Source: Gallionella sp. (lineage in GTDB: Bacteria > Pseudomonadota > Gammaproteobacteria > Burkholderiales > Gallionellaceae). From it: a stretch of DNA of 64,000 bases. Within the stretch, counting starts at the first letter, position 1. Each line of letters starts with the position of its first letter. Location of the stretch: assembly GCA_028707275.1 (NCBI GenBank), contig JAQTUP010000002.1, positions 59,198 through 123,197 of the forward strand, given 5' to 3'. This document shows, in pieces, positions 35,753-45,109 of this stretch. Position numbers and translations under genes: made by a program. The notes beneath the pieces were generated by a model. It made no database searches and was not told the DNA's origin. It saw nothing but the letters and a program-made list of their open reading frames with translations.

Positions 35753-37600
35753 TTAAGCCGCCCAAATTAAGCGACATAGTTCGAAAAGCAATTTTTGCCT
35801 GTCTTCCAACTCTTCTTTCCCAAATTTATCCATTGCCCGAAAAGTAAGCCCATGAGCATCGGAAAAACCAGCAAAATCTAATTTACTTTTATAACTATCC
35901 TCACGAAGTGTCTCATTCCAATACAGAGTATTGGAATAGGATTTTAGTTTTGCCGAATATATCTCGTTATTGCTGGATTGATTGTCCCGGCCCTTTAACA
36001 GTAATACACCACCAAGACGATTACGCTCTTGCTCGAAACGCTCCTCATCTCCATCAAACAGAGCTAAATTTTCAGCATTACGCGAAAGGATATGTTCGAC
36101 ATGAAAACCGTTTTTCGCACCGCGTAAAGTTACCAAATCCTTTAACTCATGCTTCATTTTCAACTTCATTCCATCGGCGAGGAGACGTTCTACTCTTCCA
36201 AATAGATATCGAACGAAACGGGTATTCAAACGGTCAATCGACATTTGACGGAATAGCGGATAACCGAACGCATTGCCAATAGGAATTGCTCTTCGCTCTG
36301 CCAGCTCCGCAATCAGGTGTGTCTCAATAATTGCAGAAATATCTGCGGCGGGTTTTTCCCTAATCTCAATACTAATGTCGTACAGACGAGATGCAAATTC
36401 ATTTGAATCGTATCCGCCTTGTATCTGCAAAAGCGAGAACATCCTGTCAAGCCCTGCCGAAACGGCATGGATTTTTTCAACCTCCTCTGGGTCATTAACG
36501 GCACATGCCGAAATGATGAGCATAAACTGGGTGTCCAACTCGTTGAGGTTGTTGAAATAGACTGCTGGGTATGCCGAATTCACCTGCGTTGTGGCACTCC
36601 ACAAACGAGCATACAAACTGGTGAAATATTTAAACGCACCATTCAGGAACAACTTAACTTCACCCGTGTTGTGATCAAGCTTCAATGACGCGTTTATATC
36701 GGATTTGAACATCTCACGGTGGTAATCACCATCGAAACGCTGTCCAGATTTTTTGTTGCTAGCAAACTTTGCTTTCAGCCAGTAACGAAAGAAGCTATCG
36801 ATTTCATCTCCCCTGAATGAATTGACTGCTTGTAGCTGATTTTCCCAGAGTTCGTTGAACTTACCGCTATCAAGTTCAATCTTATCAATCTGCCCAAGCA
36901 ATTTTCCTTTCAGAATTTCATAAGGTTTGAGTCGAACACCTCTGTCATTGATAACCTCAAATACCATTGGCACATGATTGGTTTCTACGGACAGGTTTAT
37001 CAAAACCAAGCGGAATAAAAAATAATGAACAAATGTATCAAATTGATGCAACGAGCCCAACCGTTTATCTAATTCCAAACTTATTAATTGATAATTTTTA
37101 ACCATATTGGCAGCAGTAATGCCCGTACTAATGTTTATCCCCGATGGATCACTGCCCGCCATCAAAGCTTCAAGTACAAGCCTATGCTTCACATGGTTCA
37201 TCCAGAACTCATGCTCAGTGCCTGAGTACCCTGAAATTTTTCGCTCTATCCAACCTGCTGTTTTTGAGCCCAGCAATTTTGCTTTGGTTAACAGACTAAA
37301 CAGAATCAGCGTCAAGGTTGTTAACCTTTGTTGACCATCAACCACAAATACCCGACCGCCTACTGTGTTAGTCACATAAGTATTGAGGTAGTACCACGGG
37401 TAGCGAGAATTAATATTCTCCTTGTTCGGCTCCAAGGAAGAGAATTTCTTGTAAGCATCATCAAATTGATAAAATACATCATCAAGAAGCCGTTTGACTG
37501 GCTCCTCAGTCCATTTGTAATCTCGTTGATAAAAATCTATGAAATAGACTGTTGTTGAAAAGGTTTGATCTAAATTCTGTTTGTCTGGCTGAATTTCCAC
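35753..37600 (-). CDS. GmrSD-like type IV (modification-dependent) restriction endonuclease: DUF262 (ParB-like NTPase, DGQQR) plus DUF1524 (HNH-like)
   Basis: The N-terminal FVVDGQQRLTTL motif and the C-terminal HNH-like FHVEHILSRN...N...N motif are present. GC is very low, about 36%. Confidence 0.75.
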   Translation of the reverse strand: MEIQPDKQNLDQTFSTTVYFIDFYQRDYKWTEEPVKRLLDDVFYQFDDAYKKFSSLEPNKENINSRYPWYYLNTYVTNTVGGRVFVVDGQQRLTTLTLILFSLLTKAKLLGSKTAGWIERKISGYSGTEHEFWMNHVKHRLVLEALMAGSDPSGINISTGITAANMVKNYQLISLELDKRLGSLHQFDTFVHYFLFRLVLINLSVETNHVPMVFEVINDRGVRLKPYEILKGKLLGQIDKIELDSGKFNELWENQLQAVNSFRGDEIDSFFRYWLKAKFASNKKSGQRFDGDYHREMFKSDINASLKLDHNTGEVKLFLNGAFKYFTSLYARLWSATTQVNSAYPAVYFNNLNELDTQFMLIISACAVNDPEEVEKIHAVSAGLDRMFSLLQIQGGYDSNEFASRLYDISIEIREKPAADISAIIETHLIAELAERRAIPIGNAFGYPLFRQMSIDRLNTRFVRYLFGRVERLLADGMKLKMKHELKDLVTLRGAKNGFHVEHILSRNAENLALFDGDEERFEQERNRLGGVLLLKGRDNQSSNNEIYSAKLKSYSNTLYWNETLREDSYKSKLDFAGFSDAHGLTFRAMDKFGKEELEDRQKLLFELCRLIWAA

Positions 37601-37936
37601 GATTTAATTCCTGATTATTGTTGTTCTATGAGGATGCAGTGCCTGTCGCAACCAAACCCCTTAGCTTTGGCAGAAACTTTGATGAAAGTAATTTAGGCTA
37701 TTCTTTTAGTGTTGCTGGGGCGGGTAAGCTAGTGCGAAGTAATGGAAGCAACTTATCAAAAAACTCAGATGGAACAGCTACAGTTCCTATATTACGATTT
37801 AAAGCGAAAAAAGAGGAGAAAAAAAAGTGGGGGGGGCAAATTTTTTGTATGTTCCTTTGTATGTTCAAAAACAACCACAAATCAAAAAAGGACTTGCGGA
37901 GATTATCCGTAAGTCCTTAATTTTAAACATAAATTC

Positions 37937-38013
37937 TGGTAGGAACGAGCAGACTCGAACTGCTGACCCCTTGGATGTCGACCAAGTGCTCTAACCAACT
38001 GAGCTACGCTCCT
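37937..38013 (-). tRNA. tRNA-Val (anticodon GAC), CCA encoded
   Basis: The reverse complement, AGGAGCGTAGCTCAGTTGGTTAGAGCACTTGGTCGACATCCAAGGGGTCAGCAGTTCGAGTCTGCTCGTTCCTACCA, folds as a canonical cloverleaf with GAC in the anticodon loop. Confidence 0.9.
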
Positions 38014-38064
38014 TTTGAAGAGCGCGAATTATATCCACATCCCTCGCACTTGGCAACCTCAATA

Positions 38065-39462
38065 TTATTCGGACGAATCTCTGAAGCCGCCGGACGCCAG
38101 ATTGTCGAAGCGGGTGAACTCACCGCGAAAGGCCAGCGCCACCGTACCGATAGGGCCGTTACGCTGCTTGCCGATGATAATTTCGGCAATCCCCCGCTCG
38201 TCCGTGTCCTTGTTGTAGACTTCGTCGCGGTAAATAAACAAAATCAGATCGGCATCCTGCTCGATCGCACCCGATTCGCGCAAATCCGACATCACCGGGC
38301 GCTTGTTCGGACGCTGCTCCAGACTACGGTTGAGCTGCGAGAGCGCCACTACCGGACATTGCAACTCCTTCGCCAGGCTCTTCAAACCGCGCGAGATTTC
38401 GGAAATTTCCGTCGCGCGGTTCTCGCTGGCCTTGCCCGCGTTGGAGCTCATCAGTTGCAAATAATCGACCACAATCAGCCCCAGCTGACCGTGCTGGCGG
38501 TGCAGGCGGCGCGCGCGCGCGCGTAAATCCAGAGAAGACAAGGCGGCTGATTCGTCGATAAACAGCGGCGCATCGTTGAGCTTGCCCAGCGCGTGGGTCA
38601 GCCTCCCCCAGTCGTCATCTTGCAGCTTGCCTGAACGCAAATCATGCTGGTTGAGCTTACCTACCGAGCCCAACATACGCATCGCCAGCTGTGCCGCGCC
38701 CATTTCCATACTGAAAATAGCCACCGGCAGCTTGCTGTCCAGCGCAATGTTTTCGGCAATATTGATCGAGAAAGCCGTCTTACCCATACTGGGCCGACCC
38801 GCCACGATCACCAGATCGCCCGGCTGCAAGCCTGAAGTCATTTTATCCAGATCGGTAAATCCGGTGGGCGTACCCGTGACATCGCTGGTGTTCTCGCGCC
38901 CGTACAGCGTCTCGATGCGCTCGACCACCTGGGTCAGCAGGGGCGGCATGGACATGAAGCCCTGCTTGCCTTTTGATCCGGCCTCGGCAATCTCGAAAAC
39001 ACGACCCTCGGCCTCATCCAGCAACTGCGCGGCATCTCGCCCCGTCGGATTGTAGGCGCTGGCAGCAATCTCAGTCCCCACTTCCACCAGTTTGCGCATG
39101 ATGGAACGCTCGCGCACGATTTCGCCATAGCGGCGAATGTTGGCCGCCGAGGGCACGTTCTGCACCAGACTACCCAGATAAGCCAGGCCACCGGCCTTGC
39201 CCAGCTCGTCGCTGTTTTCCAGGGCTTCTGCCACGGTAATCACGTCCACAGGCTTGGCCTGTTCGCTCATGCGCACGATATGCCGGTAGATCAGCCTGTG
39301 CTCGCGACGATAAAAATCGTCCTCGGTAATCAGGTCAGCGATTTTATCCATAGAACTGGATTCGAGCATCAGCCCGCCCAGCACCGATTGCTCGGCCTCT
39401 ACCGAATGTGGCGGCAGTTTAATCTGATCGACTTGCGCGTCTGAATTGGAAAAATTTTGCAT
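38065..39462 (-). CDS. dnaB: Replicative DNA helicase DnaB
   Basis: The N-terminal DnaB domain and the RecA-like C-terminus are present (GRPSMGKTAF, ...VVALSQLNR..., IIIGKQRNGPIG). The likely start is MQNFSN, and the longer ORF extension is unlikely. Confidence 0.9.
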   Translation of the reverse strand: MQNFSNSDAQVDQIKLPPHSVEAEQSVLGGLMLESSSMDKIADLITEDDFYRREHRLIYRHIVRMSEQAKPVDVITVAEALENSDELGKAGGLAYLGSLVQNVPSAANIRRYGEIVRERSIMRKLVEVGTEIAASAYNPTGRDAAQLLDEAEGRVFEIAEAGSKGKQGFMSMPPLLTQVVERIETLYGRENTSDVTGTPTGFTDLDKMTSGLQPGDLVIVAGRPSMGKTAFSINIAENIALDSKLPVAIFSMEMGAAQLAMRMLGSVGKLNQHDLRSGKLQDDDWGRLTHALGKLNDAPLFIDESAALSSLDLRARARRLHRQHGQLGLIVVDYLQLMSSNAGKASENRATEISEISRGLKSLAKELQCPVVALSQLNRSLEQRPNKRPVMSDLRESGAIEQDADLILFIYRDEVYNKDTDERGIAEIIIGKQRNGPIGTVALAFRGEFTRFDNLASGGFRDSSE

Positions 39463-39599
39463 AACGATGAACGGCGAATTAACGAGCGCTATTTTACCTT
39501 GCCGCACGATAAAACAACGGAAATAAAAAAAGGACTGTTTCCAGTCCTTTTTTTGCAAGCTACGCCTGTCCACGAGGCGGGGTTGAACCCGCCTTGTTT

Positions 39600-40049
39600 T
39601 TAGTGTTCGCCGAGTACCGAAACCGTGATGTCCACAATAACGTCTGTGTGCAACGCAACGCTGACTTGATGATCGCCCACATTCTTCAGGTGACCTTCAG
39701 CCATACGCACTTGCGCCTTATCGACTGCGAAACCAGCAGCTGCCAGCGCTTCAGCGATGTCAGCATTGGTGACGGAACCGAACAGACGACCGTCCACACC
39801 CGCTTTTTGCGAGACTTGTACGGTCAAACCAGCCAGCTTTTCGCCGCGTGCCTGAGCATCAGCCAACTTGGCTTTATCGGCGGCTTCAATTTCAGCGCGA
39901 CGCACTTCGAATTCAGCCATATTGGCTGTCGTAGCGCGCTTTGCCTTGCCTTGAGGGATCAAGAAGTTACGTGCATAACCATTCTTGACATTGACAACAT
40001 CACCCAATTGACCCAGGTTGATGACTTTTTCCATCAAAATTATTTGCAT
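39600..40049 (-). CDS. rplI: 50S ribosomal protein L9
   Basis: [36 protein letters not shown] is the hallmark L9 N-terminus. Confidence 0.9.
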   Translation of the reverse strand: MQIILMEKVINLGQLGDVVNVKNGYARNFLIPQGKAKRATTANMAEFEVRRAEIEAADKAKLADAQARGEKLAGLTVQVSQKAGVDGRLFGSVTNADIAEALAAAGFAVDKAQVRMAEGHLKNVGDHQVSVALHTDVIVDITVSVLGEH

Positions 40050-40060
40050 GTCCGATACTC

Positions 40061-40336
40061 CTAGTGCAAATCAGTATAGGGCAGCAAAGCCAGGAAACGC
40101 GCGCGCTTCACGGCAGTGCTCAATTGACGCTGGAAGCGTGTCTTGGTGCCGGTGATGCGAGCCGGAATCAGCTTGCCATTTTCAGATACGAATTCCTTGA
40201 GGATATTCACATCCTTGTAATCTACTTCTGCGATCTTCTCTACTGTGAAGCGGCAGAATTTGCGACGCTTGAACAGATTGTTACGAGAAAAACGCTTCTT
40301 CTTGTCATCGTTACTTTTGCCTGATGGACGAGCCAT
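40061..40336 (-). CDS. rpsR: 30S ribosomal protein S18
   Basis: The S18 motif is present (RRKFCRFT...[25 protein letters not shown]). Confidence 0.9.
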   Translation of the reverse strand: MARPSGKSNDDKKKRFSRNNLFKRRKFCRFTVEKIAEVDYKDVNILKEFVSENGKLIPARITGTKTRFQRQLSTAVKRARFLALLPYTDLH

Positions 40337-40413
40337 GATGTTCCCTTTTACCAAATGTTGATAAGCTAAACCGGTGCGCGAAAAACCGCGTAACCCCGGT
40401 CAGGCGACTAGAT

Positions 40414-40794
40414 TTAAGCTTCTACGCTTTCTTCTTTAGCCGGAACAACCTCTTCACTCAGCACTGAACGGGATTTTTCTTCCTTCATCATTGCCGATGG
40501 GATCGTAACAGCTGTCTTGGTCTTGACTGTCAGATGACGCAATACTGCATCATTGAAGCGGAACGCGTGTTCCAGCTCATCCAATGTTTCCTGATTGCAT
40601 TCGATATTCATCAGGACATAGTGTGCCTTGTGAATTTTCTGAATAGCGTAAGCCAATTGGCGGCGGCCCCAATCTTCCAGACGGTGAATTTGACCGCCCT
40701 TGGATGTGACCAGTGTGCGATAGCGCTCGATCATTGCAGGCACTTGCTCGCTTTGATCTGGATGCACGATAAACACGATTTCGTAATGTCGCAT
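40414..40794 (-). CDS. rpsF: 30S ribosomal protein S6
   Basis: [25 protein letters not shown] is the hallmark S6 N-terminus. Confidence 0.9.
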   Translation of the reverse strand: MRHYEIVFIVHPDQSEQVPAMIERYRTLVTSKGGQIHRLEDWGRRQLAYAIQKIHKAHYVLMNIECNQETLDELEHAFRFNDAVLRHLTVKTKTAVTIPSAMMKEEKSRSVLSEEVVPAKEESVEA

Positions 40795-40899
40795 TACATC
40801 TCCTTGTGGTTATGAAAGCCCCCTGCCATGCGAGACAGTGGAGCAAGGCTGTTTTGGCCGACTATCGGCCCAACAGGGGCGCGGATTATATATGAATGA

Positions 40900-41278
40900 C
40901 AGATATTACGCCATCAGTTATTCAGATAAATCAACTTCGCCGGGGGCAGCCCTGTCTGCCGACAGGCAGGCCGACGGCTGGTCACTTTCTTTTGTGTCGC
41001 CAAAAGAAAGTAATCCAAGAAAAGGCGACCCCGGTTTGCCGCGCCGCCAGGCTGCCAGCAGTCAGGCGGTGTACCCTCGGTAGTCGCAAACAAGCGGAGC
41101 TGCGCAACTCGCACGAACCGCACAGCGGCCACGCGCTCAAACAGTGCTCGCCTAACCCCACCGCTTGTTTGCGGCTATCTTCGGCGGCGCACAGGGGCTG
41201 TGAGTGACGCGCAACCCGCCTTAAAACAGATCTGATGACTCATCAAGCCTGATTTTTAGAGCGTGTGCGTAACATCAG
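40900..41278. repeat. Full-length (~380 bp) copy of the MITE-like repeat family
   Basis: It contains the caaatcaacttcgccgggggcagcc core, the cgactttcttttg/caaaagaaagt hairpin, the long cagcaaacaa...ttgtttgc inverted repeat and the terminal gcgtaacatcag. It is colinear with the copies at 52846-53202 and 58093-58500. Confidence 0.7.
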
Positions 41279-41490
41279 TGAATAACAAAAAATCAATCAC
41301 CAATTGCAGGCAGACAATGGTAAGCGCCAGACAGCCTCATGCAAACCCGCACAACCTCACAGGAACAGGCAACTGATTTCAAGGGGGAGAAGTAAAGAGA
41401 AGGCCTGACAGGTCAGGCAGGTCAGATATGCAGAACGCGCGAACTGAACAATGCTAAAGAAGCAATCTGCACGCGAAACATCAATTTGAC

Positions 41491-41579
41491 TGGTGCCCAG
41501 AACCGGAATCGAACCGGTACGGAGATCGCTCCCCGACGGATTTTAAGTCCGTTGTGTCTACCAATTTCACCACCCGGGC
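41491..41579 (-). tRNA. tRNA-Leu (anticodon UAA), long variable arm
   Basis: The reverse complement folds with an ACGGA-CTTAAAA-TCCGT anticodon arm and a long extra arm. 89 nt including CCA. Confidence 0.85.
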
Positions 41580-41586
41580 GGATGTT

Positions 41587-41660
41587 TGGAGGTGCGTCCC
41601 AGAGTCGAACTGGGCTAACTGGATTTGCAATCCAGGGCATAACCGATTTGCTAACGCACC
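41587..41660 (-). tRNA. tRNA-Cys (anticodon GCA)
   Basis: The reverse complement is GGTGCGTTAGCAAATCGGTTATGCCCTGGATTGCAAATCCAG...CTCCA, which is close to E. coli tRNA-Cys. Confidence 0.9.
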
Positions 41661-41707
41661 GTACTTCTGAAGAACAAAAGGGAAAGCGTGATGCTTTCCC
41701 TTGAATA

Positions 41708-41783
41708 TGGAGCGGGAGAAGAGGCTCGAACTCTCGACCTATACCTTGGCAAGGTATCGCTCTACCAACTGAGCTACTCCCGC
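41708..41783 (-). tRNA. tRNA-Gly (anticodon GCC)
   Basis: The reverse complement is GCGGGAGTAGCTCAGTTGGTAGAGCGATACCTTGCCAAGGTATAGGTCGAGAGTTCGAGCCTCTTCTCCCGCTCCA. Confidence 0.9.
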
Positions 41784-41825
41784 AGTGGAGCATCGCAAAA
41801 CGTAAAAACTAAACTCCGGTGCAAC

Positions 41826-41901
41826 TGGAGCGGGAGAAGAGGCTCGAACTCTCGACCTATACCTTGGCAAGGTATCGCTCTACCAACTGAGCTACTCCCG
41901 C
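41826..41901 (-). tRNA. tRNA-Gly (anticodon GCC), second identical copy
   Basis: Identical in sequence to 41708-41783. Confidence 0.9.
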
Positions 41902-41961
41902 TTTGCGAGGCGCGAATTATAAGGGTTTACAGAACCGTGTCAACTACTTTTTTAAAAAATT

Positions 41962-42738
41962 TCACAATTTAAATAAACGGGAGAAGTTTTCGCAGGTAGC
42001 CTGCCCTACTTCTGCCACACTGACACCACGCAGCAGCGCGATTTCTTCGGCCACATGTTTGACGTAGGCCGGCTGATTGAGCTTGCCGCGAAAAGGCACT
42101 GGCGCCAGATAAGGCGAGTCGGTTTCGATCAGGATACGCTCCAGCGGCACGCGCTGTGCGACCTCCTTGATCTGCACGGCGTTCTTAAACGTCACAATCC
42201 CCGAGAATGAAATATAAAATCCCATGTCGAGCGCGGCCTGAGCCACCTCCCAGTTTTCAGTAAAGCAGTGCATCACCCCGCCCGCTTCTGCAGCATTTTC
42301 TTCCTTCATGATGCGCAAGGTATCCTCTGCCGCCGAACGGGTATGCACAATCAGCGGCTTGCCACATTCGCGGGCGGCGCGGATGTGGTTGCGAAAACGC
42401 TCGCGCTGCCACTCAAGGTCTCCGGTCAGACGAAAGTAATCGAGTCCCGTCTCACCGATGGCGATAATTTTCGGATGTTGCGCCAGTTCGACCAGACGCG
42501 CGACTGTCGGTTCTTCAACCGCTTCGTAGTCAGGATGCACGCCCACCGAAGCGTAAATATTGGGATACCGGGAGGCTAACGCCAGCACTTGCGGAAAATC
42601 GGCCAGATTGACCGAGACACAAAGGGCGCTTTGAACGTCGTTCTGCTGCATTTTCGCCAGCACGTCGTCGATATTCTCCGACAGCTCGTGAAAATTGATG
42701 TGGCAATGGGAATCTATGAAGGGCATGTGAGCTGACAA
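41962..42738 (-). CDS. tatD: TatD-family metal-dependent hydrolase/DNase
   Basis: The [12 protein letters not shown] start and the TIM-barrel His motifs are present. It is adjacent to holB, as in E. coli ycfH. Confidence 0.85.
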   Translation of the reverse strand: MSAHMPFIDSHCHINFHELSENIDDVLAKMQQNDVQSALCVSVNLADFPQVLALASRYPNIYASVGVHPDYEAVEEPTVARLVELAQHPKIIAIGETGLDYFRLTGDLEWQRERFRNHIRAARECGKPLIVHTRSAAEDTLRIMKEENAAEAGGVMHCFTENWEVAQAALDMGFYISFSGIVTFKNAVQIKEVAQRVPLERILIETDSPYLAPVPFRGKLNQPAYVKHVAEEIALLRGVSVAEVGQATCENFSRLFKL

Positions 42739-43706
42739 TAAGTAAACAGGAGTGATTCCATGAAAAGTTTGGGGTTCAACGTGTGCTGCGCCTCACGTTT
42801 GGCCGTTTGCAAACAGCCTTGCAACCGCGCCAGATTCAGCGGGTCCAGCGTTGCGACCAGCTGGATGATAGCGGCCTGTTCAGCAGGATGATAGCGCAGT
42901 CTGCCGGTCAGTTTTTGCGAGGAAAGATCGTAACACCATTGCTGCAACCATTGTACCACCTGCACCTGCTCGGTCTTTTGCAGAGCGTCCGCCAGCGCAA
43001 ACACGTCCATCTTTGCAGGCAGCCTCAAGGCGCGCAGCAATTTGGCGCGAGCATCCTGACTGACGTCCGCCGCGCTTTGCATTGCCTGCAAAGGCGAGAA
43101 GCCGGAAATCGCCAGTACGTCAGCCGGATTTTTCACCCCCTGAGCGCCCAGCCAGCGCGCAGCGGTCGCCGCATCCGGTGTCGCAAGACCAAAGGACAAA
43201 CAGCGACTGAGCAAAGTCGGCAACAAGGACTGCGGTTTGTGCGTCACCAGAATGAACAGCAATCCTGCCGGGGGTTCTTCGAGATTTTTCAGCAAGGCAT
43301 TCGCCGCGTTGGTATTCATCGCTTCGGCCGGATGAATGATCACCACCCGCCGCCCTCCCTGATGCGCCGTCATCCCCAGAAAGTCATTCAGGCCGCGAAT
43401 CTGATCCACGGATATCTGGCGACTGGGTTTCTTGCCGACCTCGGCCTCTTCGGTCAGGGATTCAGGCTGCAAGGAACGAAAATCAGGATGCGTGCCTTGC
43501 TCGAACCAGTGACACGCCGGACACTTGCCGCAGGCAAAGCCGTTGCCCTGCGGGTGTTCACACAACAAGGCGCGCGCATAATTCATCGCAAGATCGAACT
43601 TGCCTATGCCTTTTTGCCCCTGAAACAGCAAGCCTTGCGAGGCGCGACCGCGCAGGGACTGCAAACGCGCCCAGTCATCCGTCTGCCAGGGATAGAGTTC
43701 GCTCAT
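42714..43706 (-). CDS. holB: DNA polymerase III subunit delta'
   Basis: An AAA+ clamp-loader fold with a Zn-finger-like region ([10 protein letters not shown]). Conserved position between tmk and tatD. Confidence 0.8.
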   Translation of the reverse strand: MSELYPWQTDDWARLQSLRGRASQGLLFQGQKGIGKFDLAMNYARALLCEHPQGNGFACGKCPACHWFEQGTHPDFRSLQPESLTEEAEVGKKPSRQISVDQIRGLNDFLGMTAHQGGRRVVIIHPAEAMNTNAANALLKNLEEPPAGLLFILVTHKPQSLLPTLLSRCLSFGLATPDAATAARWLGAQGVKNPADVLAISGFSPLQAMQSAADVSQDARAKLLRALRLPAKMDVFALADALQKTEQVQVVQWLQQWCYDLSSQKLTGRLRYHPAEQAAIIQLVATLDPLNLARLQGCLQTAKREAQHTLNPKLFMESLLFTYCQLTCPS

Positions 43707-44302
43707 TCAATGGCCTCAATAATTACAGCCAGCTGCTGCTGCACCGACGCCAGCGATTGCGCCGCATCGATCACGACATAACGCGCTGGATTTTCCGCCA
43801 CACGCCGGTGATAGCCTGCGCGCACCCGCTCGAAGAACTCGCCCTGCTCTTGTTCGAAGCGATCCAAAGAGACATTGTTTGCCAGACGCTGCCGCGCGAC
43901 TTCGATGGGCACATCGAAAAACAGCGTCAGGTCAGGCTGCAATGGCACCCACTGTTCGAGTTGGGCCAGCTTCTCCCAGCTCATACCGCGTCCCGCGCCC
44001 TGATAAGCAAAGCTCGCGTCACTGAAGCGATCCGAGATCACCCGTTTGCCCGCACGCAAAGCGGGCTGAATGACTTGCTCCACATGCTCCAGACGGGAGG
44101 CAAACATCAACATCGCCTCCGTGCCCATGCTCATCGGCTGATTGAGCACGATTTCGCGCAGTTGCTCGCCCAGCGGCGTGCCGCCCGGCTCGCGCGTGAC
44201 GATCACATCCATACCACGCTCGCGCAGCGCATCGGCAAACCAGGCCAGATGCGTGCTCTTGCCCGCCCCGTCCACACCTTCAAAAGTAATAAATTTGGTC
44301 AT
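43703..44302 (-). CDS. tmk: Thymidylate kinase
   Basis: P-loop [14 protein letters not shown], the DRF motif, and the lid region are present. Confidence 0.9.
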   Translation of the reverse strand: MTKFITFEGVDGAGKSTHLAWFADALRERGMDVIVTREPGGTPLGEQLREIVLNQPMSMGTEAMLMFASRLEHVEQVIQPALRAGKRVISDRFSDASFAYQGAGRGMSWEKLAQLEQWVPLQPDLTLFFDVPIEVARQRLANNVSLDRFEQEQGEFFERVRAGYHRRVAENPARYVVIDAAQSLASVQQQLAVIIEAIE

Positions 44303-44385
44303 TGGAAACAGTTGATAGTTGATAGTTGTCAGCTGGTAGCTGGATTTACTGCTCGGTTGTGTTCATGCTCCCGACATGAAGCATA

Positions 44386-44796
44386 CTATTCAAAGGGATT
44401 CTTGATTTCCACACCGGTTCCGCGAAAATCATCCACATTTCGCGTCACCACGGCCAGATCGTGAATCAGCGCAATCGCGGCAATCTGTTTATCTATCGGA
44501 TGTTCAGGGTGAGGTGACATCAATCGCCCCCACACTTGAGCGCACTCTTCATCAAAGGTCAAAATTTTATCGGCATAATCAGACACCAGCAAATCCAGCC
44601 ATTTTTCAAGCTTCCTGGTTTGTGGCAGATCACCACGATGACGAAGGTTTTCTAATCCCCGCCGAATTTCACCTATCGTTTGCGCAGAGAGATAGAGATC
44701 CTCGGGAGCTGTGGTTTGGAAAAATTTCTGAACGCCTGAGTTTGCCTTGATGCCTTTGCGAGCCTCGCTGATGACATTGGTATCGACCAGGTACAT
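44386..44796 (-). CDS. vapC: Type II toxin VapC (PIN-domain ribonuclease)
   Basis: MYLVDTNVISE...PIN acidic residues, with a small upstream partner gene. Confidence 0.8.
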   Translation of the reverse strand: MYLVDTNVISEARKGIKANSGVQKFFQTTAPEDLYLSAQTIGEIRRGLENLRHRGDLPQTRKLEKWLDLLVSDYADKILTFDEECAQVWGRLMSPHPEHPIDKQIAAIALIHDLAVVTRNVDDFRGTGVEIKNPFE

Positions 44797-44799
44797 GGA

Positions 44800-45012
44800 T
44801 TATGAGTTCCGAAAATTAAAGTCGGCATCTTCACCCACATTGGGCATGCTGGACAACACCTCGGCAACCGTGCGACGTTTTGGACGCTGCAAAACCATAC
44901 GCAAAATTTCTCGATGCTCCGCTTCCGCGCTTCTTCCGTGGGAAGCTGCCAGTTGCTTCAGCGCAAGGGCTACATCTTCCTCAACATTGCGAACAACTAA
45001 GTTGGTAGCCAC
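44800..45012 (-). CDS. vapB: Antitoxin (VapB/FitA-like, ribbon-helix-helix)
   Basis: A 70-aa protein (MATNLVVRNVEEDVALALKQLAASHGRSAEAEHREIL) lying 3 nt upstream of vapC. Confidence 0.6.
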   Translation of the reverse strand: MATNLVVRNVEEDVALALKQLAASHGRSAEAEHREILRMVLQRPKRRTVAEVLSSMPNVGEDADFNFRNS

Positions 45013-45109
45013 TTCAATCCCTCATCATGTAATCAATGATTACAGACTACCGGATAAATGATTGCATTGCAATCACCCCTCCAACGGTATAACAGTTACC
45101 GGCTACTGG

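Noticed and set aside
37618-37920. 100-aa ORF between the GmrSD-like gene and tRNA-Val, at the position where an island integrase would be expected
   Set aside because: It is AT-rich with homopolymer runs (a8, g7), shows no integrase motifs (no R..HxxR..Y) and is probably non-coding. The integrase is absent.
41422-41793. 123-aa ORF on the minus strand
   Set aside because: It entirely overlaps the tRNA-Leu/Cys/Gly genes and is a spurious translation of tRNA sequence.
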